64,000 nucleotides of DNA from NCBI RefSeq assembly GCF_000002075.1, contig NW_004797368.1:663428-727427 (forward strand). The letters run 5' to 3'. Shown here piece by piece: positions 23,801 through 36,434 of the stretch. Within the stretch, counting starts at the first letter, position 1. Each line of letters begins with the position of its first letter. The position numbers were made by a program, and so were the translations under genes. The notes beneath the pieces are model-generated. The model was not told where the DNA came from and did not search any database. It saw nothing but the letters and a program-made list of their open reading frames with translations. Source of the stretch: Aplysia californica. Its lineage: Eukaryota.

Positions 23801-26800
23801 TGAAAGGTTGAGGTTCAAACCTGAATAGGTTATGAATTTTTCTCTTCCTTTTTTGAAGCTTACTTTTAGAACCAAGAGTTGAAGAGTTATGGGTGATAAG
23901 TGAGTGCTTTTGTGTGGTCTGCTCCTCCTACTTCTTGTTGCTGTTATAATTCTGTCAGTCTGTGTTTTGCTTTAGGTGACTGTTGTTGTACTGACTCACT
24001 GTAATAATAACCAAAGTGGTATTGTGGGTAGTTGGAGGGTGTCACTGGTGGTAGTTCTTACTTCTTTTCCATGCCCCTGTTGTTTTTGTCTCTGTTTAAT
24101 TTAATCTTTCTTTTTTTCCTTCTTCCCATTATTGTGTTGATATAATGCTTTTCTTTACTGGAAAAAGTGATGACTAGTAGGTTGTTATAGTCCCATCGAG
24201 AATAGATGGGTATAAAAATGGAAGAATTTTGTGGCATTGTTTTTCTCTTCTTTTGCTCTTTTTAGCTTAGATGAAATGGTTGATTGCTTATTAGGGAGTG
24301 TGTTTACAAAGTCTTTTTTTTTTTGGAGGGGGAGGGTGAAATGAGAAGTCAGGAGTGTAGGCAGAAAGTTCAGAAAAATGATTCTGTTAAGCTCAACTTT
24401 TTCCCCCTTTTTTATTGTCAAGTGGTGATCCACCCAATGATTTGGTTTTACAGGGATCTTTGTTGTTTTGCGCAGTATCCAGTCATGTGACAATCTTTTG
24501 TTAATTTAAGCTAGATTTTGTTCATGCTGGGTTGCTTTTTTTCTTTTAAGGTATCATCCATTTATTAATGTGTCTGTGCTTTTGTTAGTAATATATGGGG
24601 GTTGTTGGCGGGCTCTCTGGTCTGGTTTGCTCCTTCTTTGTTATCAAACATCTATCGTCCTTATCTTTGCTTCTTTTTTTCTTTATATAAATGTGTTACT
24701 CTCTAGTACCACTTCTAATATTTGGCATTTATGTGACCTATTTGTGTTGCAATTGCCTTAAAACTCCTACTCAAATTAATAGACTAATGATGCATAATGA
24801 ATGGTAAGAGTGTTGTAATGATAATGATAGAATGCAGTTGTACTAGGTTTTTTCCATGCTTTAAAGAGTAATTTCTAGATTTTGCCATCTATTGTTACAT
24901 TGACAAACCGCCTTATTTGCATTCTGAAATAGTTTCAGTCTTTTTAGAAACATTCAATGCTGGAACATAAACGTACTGAATAGATCTTTCACTGTCTTTT
25001 CTGGATACCCATTCTCACCTTTATGAAGTGAAGAAAATTTGTGGAATGTGTCTTTCCCAAGAACGCATTAATGGTTTTGGACTGAAATCCAAACTAGCAA
25101 CCTTTTAGCTGCAAGTTGAGCAGACTAACTACTTGACTATCAACACCATCATTGCCATGATAATTGTGTTGTTGAGCTGATCTTTGTTTCGGGTCTTTTG
25201 GTACAGGGGGGTGGCTGGAGGGGGGATGTAAGAGAGTGAGTGGGGAATTGATTGATAGGTTGTGTCAACCAGATCTGTTTATTGAATAACTTGTGAGGTG
25301 TCTGTACATTAATGGGGTGTTCACTTGATGAAGTTAATAAAACTGGAACGTTGTGACATAATCACGTCTTTCTACTTTGATTTTTCTTGAGAACTGTAGT
25401 CGTAATTAGTACTTATTGGAATTTGAATTTGATTAATGTTCTGGCTTGCAAGGTGAACCTTTTGATATGGGCATAATGTCATTGTCTGAGCATCCCGTTA
25501 TCAGCTGTAGATTTGTTACATTCTCATGAGATTTGAGCCACTGCATTAGAGCAAGGTTTGACATAATGATGTAGTGTTGAAAAATTGTAATCTTGAATGT
25601 GAGGTCTTTCATTTTTATTTCTTTTCAGAAAAGTGTGTAATTGTTTGGTTGGTGGTTGGGGGGTGCTCTGGTGTGGTTTGCTCCTTCTTTCCAATGAAAC
25701 AACTGTCGTCTTTATCTCTCCTTCTTTTTTATGTTGTTTTTTTTGTCTCTTGTAACACCTCTAATCTTCGGCACTTATATGACCTAATTGTGTTGCCAGT
25801 GCTGTAAAACTCTTACTAAAACAAAAATAATTGTTAAGTTTTTTTTTATACAGATTTTTTCTATTTGTGTACAATCTTTGTCTTCAGGTCATAGAGGAGT
25901 TGGAAGAAAAAGACCAGGTGATAGAAGAGAAAGACCTGGTGATAGAAGAGAAAGACAGGCATTAGAAGAGAAAGACCAGGCATTAGAAGAGAAAAACCAG
26001 GCACTCTTCACCAAAGATCTACAGCTGTCTATGCTGAGACAAGAGTTACAAGAAATGCGTGAACGTCAAAGACCTCGGTCAGCTCCCCTGGACAGACTGG
26101 ACTTTGAGACAGAAGGTCAGTTTGTTGACACCTGTTTTGTTTTATGTGTAGGAACTGTGTTGTGTTAAGACCTTGTCATCTTTGTGTTTTTTGTCCATGG
26201 TATTAAGACATCAGTAGGATATTCAGTTCCCAAAGATTTGCTTCAGTGTTATGAGGTCTTTGGTCTCATCATTGACCCTCTGAGGATGCACTTTTGTTTT
26301 TGGTTGCTTGTACATGGACAATGTCTTTACATCATTACATCATAGGGGGTGTTATTCTTTATTTTGTTTCAGATCAGTATCAGTATTCTTCTTCAAGGCA
26401 TTAGTATTTTATGCTAACGGTTTGGAATGGTTGTAGAACAGTGAGCTTCACCTGTTATGTTGTTCATGTAGCCTGGACTAATGACATTTTTCTTTTTGAA
26501 ACGTAAACTTCTAGAGATGACCCAAGAAAGCTTTAATCCTTTATTTTCAACAAAACTCCAGTTAGTCCTTGTTCAGTGTGCAACTATAGTTCAGCATGTC
26601 TTTGCTATACATTTTTTTTAAAAAATCAATTTTTCAACAGTTTTTGCAACTGATATTGATACATTTCAAAGTGTCATGTTGATGGTAGTCAATCTAATGT
26701 TGATAGAAATGCAACAGCCACTATTGTATACTTTTCTGTTTTGAGAGAATTGATAGAGAGCCTCTCTTACTTCCCATTTCTCGAGTATGTTTGCTTGGCT

Positions 26801-27144
26801 CCTCTTCTTTTTTTTTTTTGCGACATTAATGTTTTGATTATCATTATTTATGTTGATATGGGTAGACCTCTATTGCCTACTTCTCTGTTTTCTCAAACCA
26901 CTTAACATACTGCTCATCCACAGACCAATCTGACGACCCGGATGTGAGAGAGGGTCAGAACAGTAGTCATATTGAAGATGTAAATCTGATGTCTTGCCCA
27001 ATGTGTCATGATGCGCCCATCCAAGTTTTGCTGCGTCCATGTAAACATCTGTGTGGCTGTGCTCTGTGTGTCTCCAAACTGGACGGACGATGTCCTTATT
27101 GTAGACGCTTCACCACTGGGATGGAGAAAGTTTTTGTCCCATGA
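16292..27144 (+). CDS. IAP/BIRC-like gene copy A (3xBIR-UBA-coiled coil-RING), possibly disrupted; exons 16292-17231, 19927-~20060, 21072-21108, 22196-22402, 23039-23346, 25888-26115, 26924-27144
   Basis: Three BIR zinc motifs and the C3HC4 RING CPMC..PCKH..C..C..CPYCR; exons match copy B one to one. The 3' end of exon 2 is aberrant and exon 6 has a 1-nt deletion. Confidence 0.85.
17375..18182 (-). mobile_element. MITE / non-autonomous DNA transposon (CAGTC termini, TA flank) in intron 1 of copy A
   Basis: Reverse-complement homolog of 60079-60882; ends TTCGACTG-TA. The left end is degenerate. Confidence 0.75.
19927..20060 (+). CDS. IAP copy A exon 2: second half of BIR3 (3' boundary uncertain)
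   Basis: cctcag acceptor; HNDMVRCFSCGVELFDWIPGADPLTQHACASPVCCFMLHSKGQE, then TGG TAA. Confidence 0.85.
20790..20878. repeat. (AT)n microsatellite
   Basis: Direct. Confidence 0.95.
21190..21600 (+). mobile_element. Dispersed retroposon, family 3 (SINE or LINE 3' UTR) with A-rich tail
   Basis: Homologous to 50898-51315; tail GCTCATATGACCTTATGCAGTTGCGAGC. Confidence 0.75.
22196..22402 (+). CDS. IAP copy A exon 4: Ser/Thr-rich linker and start of UBA-like domain
   Basis: gtcag acceptor and gtgagt donor; ARARGYSTEQISDAIITFFYLT. Confidence 0.85.
23039..23346 (+). CDS. IAP copy A exon 5: end of UBA-like domain and heptad coiled coil (AKDTEIQ x4)
   Basis: ttcag acceptor and gtgagc donor; 21-nt repeats. 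Confidence 0.88.
25888..26115 (+). CDS. IAP copy A exon 6: second heptad block, frameshifted by a 1-nt deletion near 25957
   Basis: GAAGAGAAAGAC(C)AGGCATTA unit lacks one C; the exon is 228 nt (3n) whereas the paralogous exon is 220 nt (3n+1). Confidence 0.8.
26924..27144 (+). CDS. IAP copy A exon 7: RING finger and stop
   Basis: ccacag acceptor; IAP-type C-terminal RING ending KVFVP*. Confidence 0.92.
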
Positions 27145-29491
27145 GGATAAATATTGATACTTTTTTTTATACGTGTTACATGATAGATTCTCTTGAAATG
27201 AGAGACTTTGCATTTTAAATTGCTCTTTTATAAATTATTTAAATTTGGGTTGTTTCGTCTGGTTGTAAATTATGACTATTTTACCCAACCTAACATGACT
27301 TAAGGCTCTGTTGTGATAGATAATCCCCTTACCTTAGAAAAGAGACATGTCTCCTCGAAATATTAATTAAACAGGATAAAAATTTCTTTTGTAATAAATT
27401 ACAAGTAAATCTAGATTTGGGCCAATTGCGAAGGGGAAACTGCCAGATGATTTTGTGGAAGATAGCTACGCAGTCGAGTGTTTTGAAGACAGGTGATGGT
27501 GGGCAAATTGATGGGATTGGTTTTAAAGATTAAAAACTGTTTAAATGGCTTCTACATAAATGGTACCGTACTTTGTACACCAGATTTCTCAAAATTAACT
27601 TTTGGTGAGACATTGTTCATACTGAGAGAATAGTCTCATGCTCATAGTGTGTGAACTGTTGATGTCTATTCTAAGTAACCTGTCATGTTTCAAATTCAGG
27701 ATGATAATGATTTAGGAACCATATTTGACACTTTTTCTAGATAAACACCACTTGTCCAAGTCACAGGCATCTCTAGTGTCCTTGTTAGGCTCTTTGTCAT
27801 AGGACGCAAATAACCTGAGTCAGAGCGCACATGGAATCTTTTTTGTCAAGTATCTCCTTTCTCTCTGCCGAGATGCTGTAGGCCTACCACTCTCAGCCTG
27901 GGTTGGTCCTCACAGTAGGATTAGAAAGCCAGCTTCATTAATGCTCTAAATTGTATTGATGGGGTCATAAAACAGTTTGGTTTTTTAAAAGTAAGTCGTT
28001 TGTAGCTGACTGTCTTAAATTTGGGGTTTTTCGACAAGGATATTCTGATCTCATACAAGAGGGCAAAAACACAAATATGCTGTTTTTTGTTTTTTTTCTC
28101 ATTTTGTCTTGTCCTCGTTACAAAAACACACAGGTCTAAACTATTGTTTCTGTCATACTTTTGATCTATTTTTTTCTTCAATTAATTCATTACCATGTTG
28201 ACCCTCGCATGTTTTTTTTAAAGTCATTGCTAAAGTTGTTGTGTAAAGTCTTGATATAAAATTGCGAATTTCTTCCAATGCAGATACATTGCATCCTGAA
28301 CAAAAGGTCTCTTCATTTGTCAAGTCTTACTTCATTTTACAATTGTTGCAAGCTTATTTCAAGCAGACAGTGTTTACTTTATTTGTAATATATTTTTTGT
28401 TTCAACGTGGTGTCTTGTTTATAGTACATAATATGCTCTACACATGTTGCAAACCATAGTTTTACTGATAAAATACAAATGCACTGCCCAAAAAGGCTAT
28501 TGATATGATTCTTTATATATATGACGCAAATAAATTTAGAATGTTAGGCATGATATGGTCCATCCTATGAATTCGCAAAAGTTGGCAGCAGATATTTTCA
28601 TTAGTCATTTAGGAACATGCCCATTGTCACATTACTCACATCATTGTTTCAGATCATACAAGAGGACTTTAACAGAAAATCTTTAAGTGCTCATGATTTA
28701 TTTGCAGTCATAATAATTGGTTGGGAAAACGCACTTACTCGTACGATATAAAGTGAGACAATGCAGTGCATAGCAAAAATTAACTCTGTACACACAAACT
28801 TTGCCAGGGAACATGATGTTCATTAATGTTCTTGAATATTTTTATGAGACTGTTATGATTCTCCTGATTTGTCCCTCTGTGAAAAAGAGTAAGAAATGTA
28901 CACCTGTTACATTTGTCTATAAAATGGAACTAACTATCCTTTTGCATTTTGTGGCCCTAGTTATCCGGCATTTTTTGTAGGCCTATTTATAAAATGAGAA
29001 CAACCCTTCAGTTTTTTTCTTTTTCCCTTCTAAGCATCACATTTATTGGCACTGTAGAAATACCAACTGAAAATGTCTTTTAAGTGAAATTTTTACACAA
29101 ATTTTTATCAATTTAATTTCTTTTTCCTTCTACATTTCTTTTACCTTGGTACGGTACTCCAAGCAAACAGACCACACCTTTGATAGTTTTATTTATGAGA
29201 ATTATTGATTTTGAATGGCAGCTGTGCATCTTTTTAAAATTTTTACCATCAAGGACATTTTTGTAGATTTAAAGGACTCGAAAGATTAGTTTGATGTGGA
29301 GATTCCTGTGCCACAGGAGTGATGGCCCATGTTAGTGTATGGCATTTACTGTTATTTGGAAGGAGAAGTAATCATCTCAGCATAAAAAAGGTAGTTTGTC
29401 TAGAAACTCCTGCACAAGCTTTTTTATATACTCTTTTTGTTATCTGCAGTATTGTTTTAAGGATTGTATTTGTATTTGTTGGATTGAAGTA

Positions 29492-30184
29492 CAGTTGTCT
29501 CCGCCTAAGATCCCAGTGCTCAGGAGCAAGGAAAATGCTGGATCTTAGGCGAATGGAATCTTCGCTGACGAACCCAGGAAGGAACCTACGGAGACCCATG
29601 TTAAGGCTCACAATCGGTAAAATGGTCTCCCTTCACTCTGAAATTAACTGATGTGACCCTTGAGTGGGTTTATGACATGGTGAGCAAAGAGTTGTCAATT
29701 TTGATGACCAATGACAGTGGCATGAGGCATGCCATTTATACTTATTATCCTATCGTGAGTTTCGAGATCTAGTGAAATGGAGAGCTCAGATGCGAGTGCG
29801 ATGTTTGAGGATAACAAATGCGATGGTCAGTTCACACCTCGGTGTGATCCCGTCTGGGGCAAACATTGTACTGTTTTATCAAGTTTTACAACGCTTATGT
29901 GATCACATTCCAGGGAGTGACTGACCTTTGACGCGAGGGGCAGTTCATTGATCTCAACTTTTCACTCTTGGTTGATCAGCTGTGCCCGCCTGGGATTTTG
30001 TTCCATAAATTATGATCTGAAATGCAGGGTCTTACCCGAATGTAGTATGTAGACCTTCAGAGTGAATAAGAGCAGGATCTTAAGGGTGACTTTTGTATAG
30101 TAAAAATTTTGTTTTCTTAAAACAGCGGGATCTTATTAAGCGAAACAGGATCGTAAGCAGTGGGATCTTAGGCGGAGACTACCG
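29492..30184. mobile_element. MITE with ~23-bp TIRs and TA target-site duplication (Tc1/mariner-pogo-like)
   Basis: TA-CAGTTGTCTCCGCCTAAGATCCC ... GGGATCTTAGGCGGAGACTACCG-TA. Confidence 0.85.
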
Positions 30185-30818
30185 TATATTGTTACTACTA
30201 TATTTACTTATGGCTGATTTATTAATTATTTAATTATTATTATTTCACTTCTCACATGGTTTGTTTTGATTTGGGGGGGGGGGTGGATTTGAATTGTACA
30301 TTACTGTAGAAACTTTTGAAACTGTCTTTTACATTACTGCCCATGTTACAAAACATTTGAACCAAGTATTTATACTTAATTTTTACCGGTCCTGTGACCA
30401 TTTTGTTTTGGTTTCATGACTAAAATTGTGTCAATTTGTTCACATGAAATGCTCTATTGTAAAAATTTTCATAAGTTCATTTATCACAGATCATCATGGC
30501 ATTTCAGTGCTGAGTTATTATTATGCAATTTCTCATACTTTCCGGAGTTTGGTGATACTGTATAATCAGTCTTGGATTTGTGTTTGTTTTTATCAGTTAA
30601 TGGTATTAGTCACATGGCATGAAGTTTGTTTCTGATATGTTATAGCAATAATTTGTCACAATTTGTGATCTTTTGTTGATAAAGAATTTGTTGTTGCTTA
30701 TTCTGGAAAAAGCAACAACTTCTATTTGTTTCTCTTCCAGACGTTTTTTTCTTTTTTAAAACACGATTTATTTCTGGTCTCCATTGCATGATTGGCAGCT
30801 GTATGTTTGGTCAGTCTG

Positions 30819-30850
<32 letters not shown>

Positions 30851-30939
30851 CCAAATTGTACATGGTTAATATAAATCTGACTCTCTGTGTGTGGTTCTAT
30901 GTGCTTGCACTTGCATCTGTGTATGAGAGTAGATTCAAT

Positions 30940-31970
30940 AGTGGCAGCATCTGTGATGTAATGGTTAAGTGCATCGCCTTGCTGTCAAGGGACTCAAGTT
31001 TGATTTCTATATGGGGAAAGCGTTTCCATCTTTTATCTATGATATATATATATATATATCCCACTCTGTCTATGTTAACCCTGACAGATAGGGCTAAAGT
31101 TGCCTATTTCTAAATGAACTATATAGGGGGGGGGGGAAGGGTTGTAATATTCTATCACATATTACTATAAAAGAGGAATATAATGGAGAAAGATGGATGG
31201 AATAGAAAGACATATTGGGAAAGGGGTATAGTATACTTATCGCATATTACTCTATAAAAATGGAATACAACAGAGAAAGATGGTAACATAGGAAGAGAAT
31301 GATAAAGTGGTTGGACTGGAAGGCATGAGAGGATGCGGATCATGCCTCCATAGACACAATTCAGTTAATCTAAAAGGTAGGCTACCTTGACCCTTCCTGT
31401 CAGAGCCAACCTGTGAATAGTGGGGTACAGCATCCCAGTACACAGGTGGAGGTATTCTGTTAAATATACTATCCCTCTTTGAATCAAACCCAAGGCTTCT
31501 ATGTGCAAGGCAAAGAGCTTTACCCTTACACCAGAGACAGCAATAAAAGAGAGAAAGGTGTGAGACAGTACAGACCAAATAAAAGAAACAGACAAATTCA
31601 AGAGAAAAAGAATGAATATATTGAATCATACGACATGTTATGTACATACTGTAAAATAGTGTTTTCATATATACATAACTATGGGGACCGGAAATGCATA
31701 ACATATATAAATACTTATGATTTTCGTTTTTGGATATGCATAGTTGTTAATTTTAATTTATTTTTTTTGGCAACATCTGTGTTGTAGCAGTTTGCCTTTG
31801 CTTGCAGCAAATGTGAGTTTGATTCCCGCTTGGGGATGGGTTTTTTTCAAGTATTTCCGTCTGTCTGCAATGACGTTGTATCCCTCTCAGCCCTGGCTGA
31901 CCCTAACAGGCAGGGTCAAAGCTACCCATCTCCTAAATGATCTAAATAGTGTTGATTGTAAGAAAACTTA
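30940..31970. mobile_element. Cluster of three old tRNA-SINE copies (+ ~30940-31120, - ~31345-31530, + ~31780-31970)
   Basis: Shared core ACCCTRACAGRYAGGG(T/C)(C/T)AAAG(C/T)T(A/G)CC in alternating orientation, with degenerate tRNA-like heads. Confidence 0.6.
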
Positions 31971-34900
31971 CAATTACAATACATCGCAATAACAGATGCG
32001 GTTGAAGTGTTCATTATTAATTTTACTTGTACTTGACGCACTTCTCTTAATTTGTCCTTTTGCTATTTCCCATCTTGTGTAAAACTTGTACTTGACGCAC
32101 TTCTCTTAATTTGTCCTTTTGCTATTCCCCATCTTGTGTAGGTTCATTTGCCCTCATGTTAAACCAGAACAAACATTTTTGCTTCCATTGACTGTTTGTA
32201 GGAGCAGAGAAAGGTTAACAGGAGAGACTTGTAGAGAACGCACTCTTTGTTTCATCTATTTTACCATCTTTAGGTTCTGGCTTTACTCTTTTCATTTTGA
32301 TGTTCTTGTTTTAGATAAGTCACAGGTACTCTTCTTCACTGTTTCTCCCTCACTGTTACTTTCTTTGATAATGTTTCTTTCTCACTGCTGGTTTTTGTCT
32401 TGTTTCTCCTCTCCTCCTGTTACTGTTGTTATTCCTCTACACCAGATGTTTTTGTTGATAAAATGTATATACGGACATCATACATGATTGCATTTGTATA
32501 TAAAGCATTATACAGTATTCTTGTTTGATCTGATGTTGAGGGGGGTGGGGGTTGTTGGGGGTTTTTTTGGAAGGGGGGGGGGCAACACAAGAAGGGTAGA
32601 AGTACCGACGATTAGAGACGGTAAAAGACACAAAACAGGATGCAAATTTTTAATCTTTAGTTTTTCCGTCTGAACTTTTAAAAAAATGGACTCTTTAAAA
32701 AAGTATGTGCGCCTTACTTGCTGTATGAGTAGGAACCTTAGAAGTCATTTTCCAGGAATGTTAGGAGTTATTTGGCACCTTTTAGTAAGTTTTCTTTAGT
32801 GGGCATGCCATATTATGCACTTTTGCAGCTCCCTTCCCCATTTTATGACATTTTCAAGACGAGCTTTTTGGGCGGTCATATTGATCCTCTTTATTGTGAA
32901 CTGTATTCTGTCTGTGTTATTTGACGTTGCTTGTAGAAAAAGCTCTGAATGGGTTAAGTTTAGAAAAAATGTAGATGAAATTTTAATAAACAGACTGCTC
33001 ATTGTGCAGCAAGAATAGATATCATAATTAGTAAAGATCCTACGCAGGATAGGAGGTGCTGAAAGCAGATGTGTCTCAGTTTTCATAAGATAATGGAACA
33101 GATAATATCAGATCACGGATAGGATTTTAGTTTGGTTTGTTTACCTTCCAGTACATGTAGATAGATGCTGGCTCCCGATTCTATATACTGTAAGGATTCC
33201 TTAAACTGTTTATATTTTTCCATCTTTCAAAGATTTTTTTGCTTTTTAAAAAAAGTGTGTGTGAGGGGGGGGGGGGTTGAAATTGTGAGGCAGCCTTGTG
33301 AAATCATGCGCTCGTCAAAATAATGAAAGTGAAGAAACTGGCATTTTTCCGCAGATTTGGTAATTTTCATTGAATTTTTATTTTTTGGCTCAACATCTTT
33401 GATGTCCATTAACTCATTCGGGACGCAGGTTTGGACCAGTTTTGCACCCTGGGACGCACGATTTTGGGTCGACTTTTAAAGTCTCCCATTTTCTTCCCTT
33501 TTGATATTTTTAAAGTCTGTTTTCACTGTCTACCCATTCAACATTTCAACATTTGGAGTTTGCCTTAGATCTAACCCAGTTTGCCTGGATATATTCCTTA
33601 ACTTGCCAGGACCCCTACAAATATGGTGTATGAGATCCCCCCAAAAAAATTTCCCTCTAAGTTGACAGTGAAAAAATGCAGAAACAAACAAGAGATAAAG
33701 TTACAACACAACTATAATGCAGTTAAAAACACATCACAGCACAATTTACAGTCCAAATACTGTGAAGAAATAGTTCCAGTCACTGTGAATAGTCCTTCAA
33801 AAATCACCTCAGAAAATTACAAAAATGACGCTATACGGCCAAAGATAAATAGATACAAAATAGAAATGTCTTCTATAGCGGCCATTTTCCACTAAATTTA
33901 CCTCTGAAACCAGGGGACCCTTACCTCCTTCAATCGCAAATATCACAATGTATATTCAAGATAACTGGATATTTTTTTCATCCAAAGCAAGACAAACAAA
34001 CAACCTTTTAAGATGATACCAATAACTTCACATGACCAAAAATTGACGAGTTCCTGATTCCACCACGTTGTGACACAATTGATCTTTTCTTTGAGGAAAG
34101 ATTATTGATTTGAAAAGCAAGAAGTGTACTGACCGACACAGTACTGGAGTACTTTTAATGTGGTCCTAGAATTGTCTCACAAATGTAAAGAAGTTGTTGG
34201 TGTCAGCTTATTTTTTCTTCATCTGATCTGTGCTTAACATGCTTTATTTTTCATTTTATGTGTTATGGTCACATTTTTGGGGCAATAATGTGTTAATGTG
34301 GCAGTCTTTTTTGTAACTGAAAGTTTGTTCTTCAAGTGGAAAGTGACAACTCTGTGACAGGCAGCTAGACATTCTCATACAAACTGACCATCACTTGGAG
34401 CCCTGATCTGAAGCCAATTCCTCTCTCTTCTACTAGTTCTACTTCTACAACATGAATAAGGCAGCCAATTTTATTTTGTTTTTTGAAAACTTTTTCTGAA
34501 CAAATGAAATATAATATTTACATGATGTTCTATTGTGGCATGAAAAGGGGCAGCGTTTTTTGTTTTCCCTTTAAATATGCACTTCACTGTCATTTATTAT
34601 CATTCATTAACCGTTTGGACCTGATCACATTTTGTGCACCAAACATAAGCTTTATGGTGCAATGGTGCAAAATTTACAGCTGGCGAAAGGGATTTCAAGT
34701 GCACAGGTCCTATTTATAAGTGAGGGGAGAGGAGGGTGGGGGGGGGGGGGGGGACGTCTTAAAGGGTTATGTTGATTTTCTGTTTTGTTCAAATATAGAC
34801 GATATTCAAGCTGAAACAGTTTCTTAAATTTAAAGAATTTGTTATTTTTCTGTAATTTTTTTCAATACGAATTATCTTGAATGAAAATTTGAAACATCAG

Positions 34901-36182
34901 TTTGTATCAAGAGTTTTATGTGAGGCTTCGCAGAAGAACAATCTTGTTTTCCATCTGTTTGGCATAGACATAGGATTAGTATCCTTTAGACTATCTTGAA
35001 AGGTTCCACCTTAGTCTGCATTTCCAACACTGCTTGCTGTTTGACATCCTTTCCATTTTTACTTGGTATCGAGAAGTTGATGTTCTTAGCTACATGCACT
35101 ACAGGAGAGTGAAGGCATTCAGGGAGAAAAAAAGCATTAATAACTTTCTTCTTTTGGGGCTGGGCTGTACAGGTTGCAAAGTTCCCACAGTGGAAAGAAG
35201 TTATTTTAGAAGATTTTGTTTTGTGTTCCAAGCGCATTATATGTTCAGTGTTCCAAGACCTGATACTATCATAATAGTACCTAGAAGTGTTCGCATAAAA
35301 AAATTTTTAGCACTTTTTTTTCTTTTTGCTTTTTTGTATGATATGCCACTTTTTTTCTTGCGATGAATCTTTATGAATAACAATTTTATTAGAAATAGTG
35401 CCCGGCTGTTGTTTTTTTGAAAGGTATACAATAAAAAGTGTTTAATATAATTCTTGAATGTGTTGCTCAAATAATGTCATTGTGCTTTGTGATATTCAGT
35501 CTCATGTTTAGTATTCGCCGAGATATGTGAGGAAAAGACAGTTGAGACATAATATATATATTAAAAAAAGGTGAAGTGTTGAATGAGGTGGGTGGAGAAG
35601 TTGTGGGGGCGGAGAAGTTGGGGGTGGGTGAGACAGAGGAGATGGGTAGAAAAGTGAAACAGTTGGGAATTAGGAAGACAAGGCAGTTGAAAAACGGTTT
35701 GTGAAGCAGAAACGGGTGAAAAAGGTGATGTGACTGAGAAAAGTTTTTTCTATTTTATTTAATAGAGTTTAACATTTCAGTATAAGGAAAAGATGGGGAA
35801 GTTGAGAAAGTCAAAGAGGGGAGACCATGAGAAAAGGAGGAGCAGTGCACCAGGTTTGTCGAAAAAAAAGTCCAAGACAAATGTGAGGCAGATTGGAAAA
35901 GGGTGGCACAATTTAGAACAGTACGTTCGAGCCTAATATTAAGAAGAAAAAAAAAACCATGAACAAATTTGGCATGAGAAAAGAAAAGCTGAGATCAGAA
36001 GAAGAAAAGTGATGTGATCTCGAGAAAAGAGATGAGGATGAAGTACGGGTAGGAAATGAGCTGAAAAAAGCTGATGAGGTCAGAATAAGAGTTCATAGTA
36101 TGTATCTACAGTAAGATCATAGCTCCTAAGGTCAGGGTAGATACATCTGTACTCGGTGACTTCCACCAACGTTGAACGTTTT

Positions 36183-36434
36183 GCTCTTCATCAGCTGGTC
36201 TGGACAGTCAATGGGGATTACCTGTCGCTATTTTTAGAACCAAGGGAAGTAAGTTGCGCGAAAACGTTTGTACTTCCGGGGCTTGCAGCTATCACTCTGG
36301 AAATTATAAACAACTGGTGAAAACCACATTATTATAACAAAAATATTTGTTTAAATTCTTGGGAAAGCTTGTTAGTTTCTTGATGAATGAGAATATAGTT
36401 CTTTTATTGTGATACAACTGGAGTCCTGGGAAGC
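36183..36434 (+). promoter_or_regulatory. Conserved upstream module of IAP copy B (uORF 36383-36412)
   Basis: GGGGATTACC 36213, GCGCGAAA 36256, ACTTCCGG 36272; homologous to copies A and C. Confidence 0.7.

Noticed and set aside
36065-36110. Hammerhead ribozyme (CTGATGAG)
   Set aside because: No stem II followed by GAAA and no closing stems could be found.
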